This document shows positions 16,998 to 26,701 of a DNA stretch of 64,000 nt, one piece after another (the first letter of the stretch is position 1; each line of letters begins with the position of its first letter). Origin of the DNA: an uncultured bacterium (GTDB taxonomy: Bacteria; Patescibacteriota; Minisyncoccia; Phycocordibacterales; CAIZLB01); the NCBI GenBank assembly GCA_903821355.1, contig CAIJKW010000022.1, positions 423 through 64,422 on the forward strand. Direction: 5' to 3'. Both the position numbers and the translations under genes were made by a program. The notes under the pieces were generated by a model, which was given only the letters and a program-made list of their open reading frames with translations, ran no database searches and was not told the origin of the DNA.

Positions 16998-17888
16998 TTA
17001 GTTTGCCGAACGATTTGAACCTCTTGAACCAATCAAGTATGTTTGAATATTATTCTTGTGCTGTTCGTAAGTCTTTGCACAATGTATTTGTCTATTGTTG
17101 TCGTGCAAATAGTACATGCAATCAGTTTTTTGTGGAGCATAAGCAGCCTTAAGTGCATCAATACTTATATTTGAAATTGCTGTTGGAGGTAATCCTAAAT
17201 TTGAATAAGTGTTATATGGAGAATCAATTTTCTTATCCACCGATAAAACCTTTGGCCACCAATTATCTTCATTTCCTTTTGCGTATTGAAGTGTCGCATC
17301 CATGCCCAGTGTCATCCCTTTAAATAGTCTGTTCCAGATTACACCTGATATTAAATTCATATCCTTTGGACCAGCTGCTTCTTTTTGAATTATTGAAGCA
17401 ATTCTAACTGCGGTTTCCAGATTGATTTTTTGGGCACTTTGTTTGGTCTGTTTGCCGGCCAAAACTTTATCGCCAACTTCTTTATTAAAATTAGCCAATA
17501 TTTGATCAGCCACTTCTTTGCCAGTTGCGTCTATATTGATCCAATAAGATCCTGGCATAAAGAACCCCTCCATTGGTCCATTATCATCTTTTGGCGCTGA
17601 GTCTATAAACTCTTTTTTATCCTTATCTGTCCAGGCTATTGTTTTGGATATTTTCTCAGCAATTTGCTCCATTCTCATGCCGGGCTCAATCGTTATATAT
17701 CTGACATATGGGTTAGCTAAATTTAGATAGAAAGAAAGGATGCTATTTGAATTAAGGCCGCTTTCAACATAAACGATTCCCATTGCTATAAAAAACCCAA
17801 TTATGGCGATTAAAGACAATAGCCCCCATCTATGTTTACCCTTATTCTTAGGCCTCCTTGTGGAGTTAGATGTATTTATTTGAATCAT
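16998..17888 (-). CDS. mltG: Endolytic murein transglycosylase MltG/YceG-like
   Basis: N-terminal TM. EGFFMPGSY, ASIIQKEA, LGMDATLQY and YNTYSNLGLPPTAISN are YceG signatures. Confidence 0.75.
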   Translation of the reverse strand: MIQINTSNSTRRPKNKGKHRWGLLSLIAIIGFFIAMGIVYVESGLNSNSILSFYLNLANPYVRYITIEPGMRMEQIAEKISKTIAWTDKDKKEFIDSAPKDDNGPMEGFFMPGSYWINIDATGKEVADQILANFNKEVGDKVLAGKQTKQSAQKINLETAVRIASIIQKEAAGPKDMNLISGVIWNRLFKGMTLGMDATLQYAKGNEDNWWPKVLSVDKKIDSPYNTYSNLGLPPTAISNISIDALKAAYAPQKTDCMYYLHDNNRQIHCAKTYEQHKNNIQTYLIGSRGSNRSAN

Positions 17889-17944
17889 ATGATACCATTA
17901 TACGATATGATGTAATAAAGGTGAACCCCATTACGTCATAATCT

Positions 17945-18472
17945 ATGTCTAGAAAGACACACATAAGCCAACTTAAAAAGGATTTTTCCAAAACGTATGA
18001 CGAGCATTCAGATGCTATTTTCAGATATGCATATTTTAAGCTCTCAGATATGGAAAAAGCCAAGGATGTCGTTCAAGACACTTTTGTTAAATTTTGGGAG
18101 TACATTTCAGCGGAAAGCGAGTTACAGAACGTAAGAGCTCTTTTGTATAGAATCGCTCTTAATACCATAATTGACCTCTATAGAAAGCGTAAGACCTTTT
18201 CTTTGGACATCTTGGCTGATGACGGGTTTGATCCCGCCTATGAGCCAGAGAAAGATGTTTTTGAAAGGTATGAGTCAGAGGCGGTACTTAAGGCAATAAA
18301 TGAACTAGATGAAGATGATAAAAATATCATGTTCATGAGGTACATAGAAGGGCTTTCGTTTGACGATATCGCAGAAGTGATTGGTGATAGACCAAACACT
18401 ATCGCTGTAAAAGTACATAGATTGTTGAAGCAGCTTCGTCAGTCATTAAATGTCGAAGACGAACAACAATAA
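17945..18472 (+). CDS. ECF-type RNA polymerase sigma factor (sigma-70 family)
   Basis: Region 2 (DVVQDTFVKFWEY...LYRIALNTIIDLYRKRK) and region 4 (FMRYIEGLSFDDIAEVIGDRPNTIAVKVHRLLKQLR). Confidence 0.85.
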   Translation: MSRKTHISQLKKDFSKTYDEHSDAIFRYAYFKLSDMEKAKDVVQDTFVKFWEYISAESELQNVRALLYRIALNTIIDLYRKRKTFSLDILADDGFDPAYEPEKDVFERYESEAVLKAINELDEDDKNIMFMRYIEGLSFDDIAEVIGDRPNTIAVKVHRLLKQLRQSLNVEDEQQ

Positions 18473-18481
18473 AATAAAGTC

Positions 18482-19846
18482 ATGATCGAAAAAAAGATTA
18501 ACAAGTTAAAAGATTCCTTAATGAACGTACGCATGTCAACAGATGACAAACGTGACGTTTTTAAGCGTATCTTACTTGTTGTCGATAAGATCGAGTCTGT
18601 CTCATCTGAATCTCACAAAGCTCCGGTTCTTTCTCCATTTTCTAATAATAATATATTTGAAGGTTTATCTGGTAGTCGTTTTGCCTCAAATATTTTTGTA
18701 TACGTAAGACAAAGAAAGTTTGTCCCATCTCTCGTAGTTGTTTTATTATTGTGTGTCACTGGTGCGTTTTCTGCCGGCGCAGAACAAGCACTTCCTGGAG
18801 ATTCCTTATATTCTCTAAAGGTAAATGTTAATGAACAGGTTAAAGATTTTGTTGCTGTAACTCCAGAAGCTAAAGCTCGCCTTGCTGTTGAGACAACAGA
18901 AAGGAGACTTCAAGAAGCTGTTATATTATCTTCACAAGGAAAATTAACAGATGAAAGAAAGCAGATTATTCAGACTCAATTAAGTAAAAATGCTGAAAAT
19001 GTAAAGAATAGTGTAGCAACATTAGTTGCTACAGATAATATTTCTGTTGCTCAAGAAGTGTCCACTAATTTTGAAGCATCACTTAAGACTCATGAATTAA
19101 TATTAGAAACTCTTGCAAAAAATTCAGACAGTTCAGATAGTTCAAATAATGCAACTTCAACTAATGCAGATAACAGTACAACAACAGCTAGCACCACATC
19201 TTCTTCTGCCACAAGTTCAGCTGAAGGTATTGTTGGCGGTGTTGCAAGTACTACGGTAGGTACTTCTTCTGAGTCTACAGTTCAAAACTCAGCTATTAAA
19301 AAAGCACTTCCTGTAAATACTCTAATGCAAGATATTAGACAAGAGATAAACTATAATGCTCAAGTTAGAGAGGATTTGTCTCAGAAGGAAATAGCTGAAG
19401 CAACCAGCCCTGAAAAAGTTGATTCTAAGATCAAAGATACAGAAACAAAATACGCAGATTTAATCTCTCAAAAAAATACCTTAACAGATTTAAGTCCTGC
19501 TTCCATCAAGATGCTTAATAGTTATATAAACACAGCTTCATCATCTTTGGGTGATGCAAAGACTGCTTTAAAAAACAATGACTTGGTTAAGTCTGTGGTT
19601 TCATTACAACAAGCTGTAAAGGCTGTTAGTGATTCTGATTCATTAATTTCAATAGAACTAAATAGTAAGCCAGAAGTAAGAAGAGCGCTAGAATTAATTG
19701 ATATAAACAAGCTTTTGGATTCAATTCATTCCAATGATCCAAATTCTCCTTCCAACTCAACAAGCACAGTGTCCGTCGCAGATGGCCTATCAAAAGGAGC
19801 CGTCTTAGGAACAAGCACTTCGTCAGAGATTCTAAATACTAAATAA
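18482..19846 (+). CDS. Membrane-anchored S/T-rich protein; probable anti-sigma or sigma-associated partner (DUF5667-like)
   Basis: Starts 10 nt after the sigma factor gene. Single TM near residue 85. Long coiled and low-complexity extracytoplasmic region. Confidence 0.45.
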   Translation: MIEKKINKLKDSLMNVRMSTDDKRDVFKRILLVVDKIESVSSESHKAPVLSPFSNNNIFEGLSGSRFASNIFVYVRQRKFVPSLVVVLLLCVTGAFSAGAEQALPGDSLYSLKVNVNEQVKDFVAVTPEAKARLAVETTERRLQEAVILSSQGKLTDERKQIIQTQLSKNAENVKNSVATLVATDNISVAQEVSTNFEASLKTHELILETLAKNSDSSDSSNNATSTNADNSTTTASTTSSSATSSAEGIVGGVASTTVGTSSESTVQNSAIKKALPVNTLMQDIRQEINYNAQVREDLSQKEIAEATSPEKVDSKIKDTETKYADLISQKNTLTDLSPASIKMLNSYINTASSSLGDAKTALKNNDLVKSVVSLQQAVKAVSDSDSLISIELNSKPEVRRALELIDINKLLDSIHSNDPNSPSNSTSTVSVADGLSKGAVLGTSTSSEILNTK

Positions 19847-19913
19847 ATTTTAAGGACGGTTGAACAAATTAATACGTGCAAAAATATAAAAATCTGATAG
19901 ACTATCAATCACT

Positions 19914-20147
19914 ATGTCATTTTTTCAAAACATGTTGATGAAGCAAATGCTTAAAAAGCAAATGAAAGGTGTTCCTGAAGCTGAGCAAGAAAAGATCTTG
20001 AAAGCTATTGATGAAAACCCTGATTTTTTTACTAATATAGCAACAGAGATACAAGCTAAGATGAAGACTGGCAAAAGCCAGATGGATGCAACCATGGAAG
20101 TTATGGGCCAACATCAAGACAAGTTGAGACAAATAATGGGGAAGTAA
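19914..20147 (+). CDS. Small hypothetical protein (77 aa)
   Basis: ORF with balanced composition. No recognisable domain. Confidence 0.3.
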   Translation: MSFFQNMLMKQMLKKQMKGVPEAEQEKILKAIDENPDFFTNIATEIQAKMKTGKSQMDATMEVMGQHQDKLRQIMGK

Positions 20148-20154
20148 GGATTTA

Positions 20155-20583
20155 CTATTTATTACTATCTTTAACAACGATCTTATAAATCTCCTCTGTT
20201 AATTGATTGTTGATTTCTATCAATTTATGAACCTCATCCTGGATTTGCAAAAGAGCCTCAGCGTCTTTATATGTTTGTAGAGATTGCTTATCAGACGCTA
20301 ATGCTGCAACTTTTTGACCAACCATAATTATTGAAAGCAAAACTAATTGTAGAAAAGTTTGAGCGATCCACGCAATTAAAGTGGCTGTTCCACCAGCAAT
20401 TGCTGCAGGAAGACTAATAAGTGCAATAGCAGTGAAAAGATAAGCGCACCACATCGTACTCACCATGTTGGTTATAATAAGCGCTAGGCGACCATTTAAT
20501 CCAATTCGCTCGTCTTTGGTTGTGTGAGGGCCGTATTTTGTTCTCTCCTCAATACGAGGGTGTGGGACGTGTGTTTTTGTCAT
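20155..20583 (-). CDS. DUF1003-like small membrane protein
   Basis: Two TM helices following a basic N-terminus. C-terminal coiled segment. Layout typical of the DUF1003 family. Confidence 0.45.
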   Translation of the reverse strand: MTKTHVPHPRIEERTKYGPHTTKDERIGLNGRLALIITNMVSTMWCAYLFTAIALISLPAAIAGGTATLIAWIAQTFLQLVLLSIIMVGQKVAALASDKQSLQTYKDAEALLQIQDEVHKLIEINNQLTEEIYKIVVKDSNK

Positions 20584-20661
20584 AACTATAATTATATATC
20601 AAAAAGTGGAAATTAAAATGTATTTAATCGCACATAGGTATATTTATAAATGGAATAATGC

Positions 20662-20689
20662 TTGACAACACTTTTTGCGGGAATATTAT
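20662..20689 (+). promoter_or_regulatory. Sigma-70-like promoter (TTGACA-16nt-TATTAT) and strong RBS AAGGAGG at 20716-20722
   Basis: Read directly upstream of the ATG at 20727. Confidence 0.55.
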
Positions 20690-20726
20690 TAATACGGTCT
20701 TAAATTAGTACAAAGAAGGAGGAAAA

Positions 20727-21344
20727 ATGAAAACAAAAACGCAGTTTGTTCTTTTCGTTCTAATTTTTGTAATCATTTCGCTTTCATCCGTCACATGCAA
20801 CATTACACCTAGATCCATTTCAGCGCAGGTGAGCTCTGAGCTTTGCCAACAAGTAGAGGACAGACCATATCTTGCGTTGATTGAAGGTCTTCAGCCGATC
20901 TCAGGTGATAGAATGAAACTTTTGGGGCAAAAGATTTCTTCTGCTCAAAAAGTTTGTGTGTGTGCGACGTCTGGAAATCACGATGCTCATATGCCAGTAA
21001 TACGGAAGGCACATGAAAATCATCAACCAATTTATATTGCAGGTTTTAGCATGGGAGAATTGGAAGCCGTTAGTTTGGCCGAAGATTGTGGAAAGGAAAA
21101 CATTCCCGTAGAGAGATTGTTTTTGCTTGATGGTCCAGAGAAGTCCAAGATTAACAAATCTGTGAAAAAAGTGGTTGATATCATCGGGGTTAATCCGTAT
21201 CTGTTCCGAAGAAACAATAGGTATCTAGATCAAGACCTAGAAGACAAAGGGACGATTCTGGGATATTACAAATTAAGCTGCGGACACCTCAATGTTCCAG
21301 CCAACTCGTATCCAATTTTCTCGTCTGAAATTTCCAGAAAATAG
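20727..21344 (+). CDS. Secreted protein with GxSxG serine-hydrolase-like motif
   Basis: Signal peptide. IYIAGFSMGELEA is a nucleophile-elbow motif. Short for a full alpha/beta hydrolase. Confidence 0.4.
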   Translation: MKTKTQFVLFVLIFVIISLSSVTCNITPRSISAQVSSELCQQVEDRPYLALIEGLQPISGDRMKLLGQKISSAQKVCVCATSGNHDAHMPVIRKAHENHQPIYIAGFSMGELEAVSLAEDCGKENIPVERLFLLDGPEKSKINKSVKKVVDIIGVNPYLFRRNNRYLDQDLEDKGTILGYYKLSCGHLNVPANSYPIFSSEISRK

Positions 21345-21364
21345 TCCGTCTAACAACCTAACAA

Positions 21365-21400
21365 GCCTCCGGTTTGAGGACCGGAGGCTCTGCCTTGTTT
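21365..21400 (+). terminator. Intrinsic terminator
   Basis: gcctccgg-tttgagga-ccggaggc 8-bp stem, then tctgccttgtttt. Confidence 0.55.
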
Positions 21401-21450
21401 TAAATAAGATAAATTTTTCAAAAAAATACAAAACATGCTAGTATCATGGA

Positions 21451-22548
21451 ATGAAATTAAGTATTGGAATCGTCGGTCTCCCAAACGTCGGTAAATCCAC
21501 GTTATTTAATGCACTAACAAAAAAGTCAGTGCCAGCAGAAAATTATCCATTTTGCACGATAGATCCATCTGTTGGGGTTGTTCCTGTTCCAGATGATAGA
21601 CTGTACCAGCTTGCAGAGTTTTCTAAGACACAAAAGACAATTCCTGCGGCAATTGAGTTTGTGGACATCGCAGGTCTTGTTAAGGGGGCATCAGAAGGCT
21701 CAGGACTTGGTAATCAATTCTTGGCTCACATTAGAGAGACTGACGCGGTTGCAGAAGTCGTTAGAATTTTTGAGGATGCAAATGTTATTCACGTTGATGG
21801 ATCAATTAACCCTAAACGTGACATTGAAGTTATTAACCTTGAGCTTGTCTTGGCAGATCAACAAACTGTCGCTAAAAGGCTTATTGGAGTTGAGAGTGGT
21901 GCAAAAAGAGGAGATAAAGTAGCTATCGCAGAGAAAGCTGTTTTGCAAAAAATTGCACACGCACTAGAGGAGGCTAAACTTGCATCTTCTATTGAACTGA
22001 CAGAGGAAGAAAAAGAAATCGTTCAAGGTCTTCATCTTATAAGCATGAAGCCAATAATGTACATCCTAAACAAAAAGGCTGGTGGAAAGAATTTGGACGA
22101 ATTAAAAGATCAAAGATGGACGGAACTGATGGATTTTTTGAATGAGCAAAAAGCTAAGTGGACAATTGTCGATGCGGGCATTGAGCATGAGCTAAAAGAT
22201 TTAGAGGGAGAAGACAAGGTAATATTTAGAAAAGAACTTGGCGCACATGATGATGGTGTTGATTTGCTAATAAAAAAAGGGTATGAGTTATTGGATTTGG
22301 AAACATACTTTACGACTGGAGTAGTTGAGACAAGGGCTTGGACAATTGCAAAAGGCTCAACAGCACCAGTTGCTGGTATGGCAATTCACACAGATTTTAA
22401 AGATAAGTTTATTAGGGCTGAAATTGTTTTCTGGAAGGATTTGATAGGTGCAGGATCATATGTTGCCGCAAAAGAGAAAGGTTTAATTAGAACAGAAGGG
22501 AAGGAGTATGTAGTGAAGGATGGGGATGTGATTGAGTTTAAAATCTAG
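21451..22548 (+). CDS. ychF: Ribosome-binding ATPase YchF (Obg-family GTPase)
   Basis: MKLSIGIVGLPNVGKSTLFNALTK P-loop and a C-terminal TGS domain. Confidence 0.9.
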   Translation: MKLSIGIVGLPNVGKSTLFNALTKKSVPAENYPFCTIDPSVGVVPVPDDRLYQLAEFSKTQKTIPAAIEFVDIAGLVKGASEGSGLGNQFLAHIRETDAVAEVVRIFEDANVIHVDGSINPKRDIEVINLELVLADQQTVAKRLIGVESGAKRGDKVAIAEKAVLQKIAHALEEAKLASSIELTEEEKEIVQGLHLISMKPIMYILNKKAGGKNLDELKDQRWTELMDFLNEQKAKWTIVDAGIEHELKDLEGEDKVIFRKELGAHDDGVDLLIKKGYELLDLETYFTTGVVETRAWTIAKGSTAPVAGMAIHTDFKDKFIRAEIVFWKDLIGAGSYVAAKEKGLIRTEGKEYVVKDGDVIEFKI

Positions 22549-22564
22549 GCATAAGAAAAGGGCC

Positions 22565-22584
22565 AGGAACGTCGATCGACGTTC
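22565..22584. terminator. Perfect 20-nt palindrome (10-bp stem hairpin) directly after the ychF stop; no U-tract
   Basis: ggaacgtcga|tcgacgttcc, flanked by gggcc/ggccc-like arms. Confidence 0.3.
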
Positions 22585-22755
22585 CCAGCCCTCGAACCGT
22601 GACGATTAAACGTTGCGGCGCATGTCAGATTTCTAACCAAGAGAAAGTCTCTCAATAGCGCTTATTTGAAAGCGAAGAAGGCTTTTTCCCGCCAGTGGGT
22701 TCTTATGTGGCCCTGCGGTAATTGCATCCCTCCATCTCTCCTGGAACCTGACTTA

Positions 22756-22930
22756 ATTAGTAGATTACACTCTTCTATATAAAAATCAAGTAAAAGGAAA
22801 AGGTCAGCTTGGTTCCTTAGGGTTTGAGACTAACTACTTTGGTTCTCTTACTAAAAAAGCACTAATAAAATTTCAGCTATTGGATATTTTGGCCCTAAGA
22901 CTCGAGAGGCCTTTTCTAAATAGCGTTTAA
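22756..22930 (+). pseudogene. Decayed fragment of a PG_binding_1-like domain, paralogous to the C-terminus of the 3864..4832 protein
   Basis: Open frame with no start codon. It translates to ...YKNQVKGKGQLGSLGFETNYFGSLTKKALIKFQLLDIL..., cf. GTFGSLTDKAVREFQ in the intact gene. A stop lies immediately upstream. Confidence 0.35.
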
Positions 22931-22969
22931 AGTCAAAGTGTATAACCTATTTGACTAAACATTGATAAT

Positions 22970-24052
22970 GTGCTAAAAATAAGGTATAAATTAATAAAAC
23001 AAATGTCTAACACAAATATAGCATTATCGTTCAAGCCAAAGAATGTTACAAAGAAGCTTTTGTCTTCATTGACAGACAGAGCTAAACTGGTGGTTACTAA
23101 ACGTTATGGGCTTGATAAAGACGGAGAAAAGATGACTCTTGAGGCTATCGGTGAGCAATACTCCATCACCCGTGAGAGAGTTCGTCAGATAGAACATGCA
23201 GCTCTTCAAAACATCAGGAAGTCTTCAGCTTACAAGCAAGAGAAGGCCTCTTTTGACGAATTGTATCAAGTAGTAGAGGGTTTGGGCGGTTTTCTTTCAG
23301 AAGATGATCTTCTGTCATCTTTAGCCAAAGATCCATCTTCAAGAAATCATGTTTGCTTCATGCTTGTTATTGGTGAAGAGTTTAAAAAAGAAAAAGAAGA
23401 TTCAGAATTTAAACACAGATGGCATATTGACCAAGATCTATCAAAAAAAGTTCACGAGGCTATAAGAAAATTATACAAAAGTTTGGATGATGAATCTTTG
23501 ATACCAGAGTCAGAGATTTTGCAAGAATTCCTAAAACATTTGCAAGATGTAAATCAAAAGTATCTTACAGAGGAAATTGCTAAAAGATGGTTGTCTGTTT
23601 CAAAAAATTTGGATAAAAATCCACTAGGAGAATGGGGAAAAGCTGATTCTTCAAACGTTAGAACAAAGGGAATTAGAGACTATGCTTTTCTTGCTATGAG
23701 AAAACATGGTTCACCTATACACTTTCGTGATATCGCAAAACAAATTGAGAAGCTATTTGATAAAAAAGCACACATCGCCACAACTCACAATGAATTAATA
23801 AAAGATAAAAGGTTTGTTCTCGTTGGAAGAGGTCTATACGCCCTAAGTGAATGGGGATATCTAAGTGGTGTTGTTAAGGATGTTATTAAGAAGGTTCTTG
23901 ATAAAAACGGTCCATTAACTAAAGAGGAAATAATTCAAAAAGTTTTGAAAGAAAGATACGTTAAGGAAAACACTATATTAGTAAACCTGCAAAACAGTAA
24001 GCTATTTAAAAAAGATAAGGAAGGCAGATATCGTTACGTTGAGAATGAATAA
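22970..24052 (+). CDS. Sigma-70 region-4-like HTH plus HARE-HTH domain protein (putative transcription regulator)
   Basis: N-terminus LTDRAKLVVTKRYGLDKDGEKMTLEAIGEQYSITRERVRQIEHAALQNIRK is sigma70_r4-like. C-terminus AFLAMRKHGSPIHFRDIAKQI...DKRFVLVGRGLYALSEWGY is a HARE-HTH as in RpoE delta N-terminus. Confidence 0.5.
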   Translation: MLKIRYKLIKQMSNTNIALSFKPKNVTKKLLSSLTDRAKLVVTKRYGLDKDGEKMTLEAIGEQYSITRERVRQIEHAALQNIRKSSAYKQEKASFDELYQVVEGLGGFLSEDDLLSSLAKDPSSRNHVCFMLVIGEEFKKEKEDSEFKHRWHIDQDLSKKVHEAIRKLYKSLDDESLIPESEILQEFLKHLQDVNQKYLTEEIAKRWLSVSKNLDKNPLGEWGKADSSNVRTKGIRDYAFLAMRKHGSPIHFRDIAKQIEKLFDKKAHIATTHNELIKDKRFVLVGRGLYALSEWGYLSGVVKDVIKKVLDKNGPLTKEEIIQKVLKERYVKENTILVNLQNSKLFKKDKEGRYRYVENE

Positions 24053-24129
24053 ACGTCTAAAAAGCTAAGTCAAACAAAAGATCTCAGATTAAAGTCTGGG
24101 GTTTTTGTTTGTATATGCCTATTATAAAA

Positions 24130-24283
24130 TATGTGATTTAGCAAAATCATCCAAACGACGATTTTGGAGAATCGCCTACTGGGTGTTTAGCAAAATCATC
24201 CAAACGATGATTCTGGTGAATCACCTACTGGGCGATTTTGGAGAATCGCCTACTGGGTGTTTTGCAAAATCACCTACTGGGTA
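24130..24283 (+). repeat. Tandem direct repeats (iterons) in a promoter region
   Basis: Two roughly 50-bp units (24137-24185, 24186-24235) plus two partial units. Core aatc[ga]cctactggg[tc]g recurs four times. Ends at a TATAAT box (24283-24288) upstream of the ATG at 24302. Confidence 0.8.
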
Positions 24284-24301
24284 GTATAATATCTTGTAAA
24301 T

Positions 24302-25552
24302 ATGCAGACACAATTAACGGCCGAAATATTTGTTTTATTTTTTTTGAAAATAGCGATAGCTTTTGTTGTTATTATGCTTGTCGTCGGTATTGGAAAAAGA
24401 TTTCTAGTCAGGCTTAAGACCAAATCTCGTGCAGAGTTTTTTGCAAAACAAAAATATATTTTGTTAGAAATTACTCCTCCAAAAAATCTTCAAAAGACAC
24501 CTCAGGCTATGGAGCTATTCATAGGCTCTCTTTATCAGGCTAGTGGTGACGCTTCAGGTTTTATTTCAAAGTATACAAACGGCTCATGCAGACCATGGTT
24601 TTCTCTAGAAATAGTATCCATTGATGGATATGTTAGATTTTTCATTTGGTCTCGGGCTAATTTTCTAGACATGATTGAGACACAGCTATATTCTCAATAT
24701 CCAGATGTTGAAATTATCGATAGAACGGGCAATGACTATACTACTGATATAAAATGGGATCCTGAAAATTATCAATATTGGGGATGTAATTTTATTAAAA
24801 CTTCAGCTTCTCATTTGCCAATAAAGACCTACGTTTCTCACGGAATGGTTGGTGGCGGAAAGGAAGAATCAAAGGTTGATCCTATAACCCCCGTTATTGA
24901 ACTGCTTGGTTCTTTAAAAAAGAATGAACAAATTTGGTTTCAAATTTTGATCAGAGCTCATACAAAAGAAATATTAAAACCCGGAACAAGAAATGAAATG
25001 GTTGACTGGAAATATGAAGCGGGACTAGACTTGATAAAGAGAATGAAGCGGGACGTAAAGATGGATAAGGACAAACCTGTTAATCCCGCCTTACTTCAAT
25101 TAACTAAGGCAGAAAAAGAAGCGGCTGAAGCCATTGAGAACAATATATCTAAGTTGCCATTTGATTGTGGCGTCAGGGCTGTTTATTTAGCCAAGAAAGA
25201 TGTATTTAGACCATCCATGATTGCGGGAATCAATGGTTCTTTTAGACAATATGGTTCACCAAATCTAAATGGGTTCAAGACAGTAGGAACACCCTCACCA
25301 ACTAAATTTAAATGGCAGGATAGAGGTGGAAAAAAACTACTTGCTCAAAAAAAGAAAATAATTGGCGAATATCAACACAGGTCATTTTTCATCCCAGAAT
25401 ACATTCCTTATGGAGCTAGACTCAAACATTTTGTCATGACAACAGAAGAATTGGCAACAATATTTCACCTTCCTGGAAATGTTGCAAGGACCCCTACAAT
25501 GGCTCGTGTTCAAGCAAAAAAGGTGGAGCCACCTGCAAATCTTCCTATATAA
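24302..25552 (+). CDS. Hypothetical membrane-anchored protein (416 aa)
   Basis: N-terminal TM helix. Conserved-looking globular body. No family recognised. Confidence 0.5.
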   Translation: MQTQLTAEIFVLFFLKIAIAFVVIMLVVGIGKRFLVRLKTKSRAEFFAKQKYILLEITPPKNLQKTPQAMELFIGSLYQASGDASGFISKYTNGSCRPWFSLEIVSIDGYVRFFIWSRANFLDMIETQLYSQYPDVEIIDRTGNDYTTDIKWDPENYQYWGCNFIKTSASHLPIKTYVSHGMVGGGKEESKVDPITPVIELLGSLKKNEQIWFQILIRAHTKEILKPGTRNEMVDWKYEAGLDLIKRMKRDVKMDKDKPVNPALLQLTKAEKEAAEAIENNISKLPFDCGVRAVYLAKKDVFRPSMIAGINGSFRQYGSPNLNGFKTVGTPSPTKFKWQDRGGKKLLAQKKKIIGEYQHRSFFIPEYIPYGARLKHFVMTTEELATIFHLPGNVARTPTMARVQAKKVEPPANLPI

Positions 25553-25665
25553 TTTACATGTACGCCCTCAAGATTTCGTAAATTAAACATCTTCTTACCG
25601 CTAGGTTCTTATGGTATAATCATATAGTAAATAAGATGAATTGAACCATCAACTTAGTAAAAAAA

Positions 25666-26697
25666 ATGAACGAACTTAATCAAAAAACTACTAAAAATAA
25701 CGATTTAAACACAAATGGAGACCTTACTGCAAAAGTTTTTGTGTCTAGGATTTTTGTGCTTGTAATGGTGCCGGTTGTACTTTTAGTATTAGTTTTATTT
25801 TATTTTGTATCAGCTCCTTTTGGTTCATTTGGTAAACCATTAATGATAGAAATTAATTCTGGAGATTCTTTAAAAACTATTGCTGGCGAGATTAAAGACA
25901 ATAAGATTATAAGATCTTCTGATTTGCTCAGATTAATGATTTCTGTATATGGTGGACAGAACAAAATTAAGGCGGGTGTTTATGAATTTGATAAGCCTGC
26001 AAATGTTTTTAATGTTGCTTACAGGTTATCTCATCAAGATTACGGATACATTCCAGTAAAGCTAACTTTCCCTGAGGGTATAAATTCTAAAGAGGTTCTA
26101 AGTATCATTGATTCTAAATTTCCAGACTTAAAAAATAAGCCAAACTATGAGACGGATAAACTTTTGATTGTATCCAATGAGGGTTATCTGTTTCCCGATA
26201 CATATTTTTTTCCACCAAACGCTGATATAAAAGTGATTACAGACAGAATGCTGTCAGAATATAAAAGAAAAATGAAAAAATACCAGTCTGTCATTGCGTC
26301 AAGCGGGCACACGGAGTCAGATATAATAATAGCAGCTTCTATATTGGAGGAGGAGGTTAAAACATCGGACGATAGAAAGATGGTAGCTGATTTACTGTGG
26401 AGAAGAATTGCAAAAGGTATGCCACTTCAAGTTGATAGCACGCTTGGTTATATCGATGGTAAAAAATCTTCTGATTTAACCCTCAACGATTTAGCCGCAA
26501 ATTCTCCTTTTAATACTTATAAAAACAAAGGCCTTCCTCCAACCGCCATCTCAAATCCTGGAATCGACGCTATTGAGGCGGCCATGTATCCAACAAAAAA
26601 TGATTATATTTTCTTTCTTACCAGTCAAGATGGTAAAACATATTTTTCCAAAACTTACGCAGAACACTTGAATTTTAAGAAATTGTATATAAGATAA
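25666..26697 (+). CDS. MltG/YceG-like endolytic transglycosylase (second paralog)
   Basis: N-terminal TM. AASILEEE, LQVDSTLGY and YNTYKNKGLPPTAISNPG signatures. Confidence 0.7.
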   Translation: MNELNQKTTKNNDLNTNGDLTAKVFVSRIFVLVMVPVVLLVLVLFYFVSAPFGSFGKPLMIEINSGDSLKTIAGEIKDNKIIRSSDLLRLMISVYGGQNKIKAGVYEFDKPANVFNVAYRLSHQDYGYIPVKLTFPEGINSKEVLSIIDSKFPDLKNKPNYETDKLLIVSNEGYLFPDTYFFPPNADIKVITDRMLSEYKRKMKKYQSVIASSGHTESDIIIAASILEEEVKTSDDRKMVADLLWRRIAKGMPLQVDSTLGYIDGKKSSDLTLNDLAANSPFNTYKNKGLPPTAISNPGIDAIEAAMYPTKNDYIFFLTSQDGKTYFSKTYAEHLNFKKLYIR

Positions 26698-26701
26698 CCG
26701 C

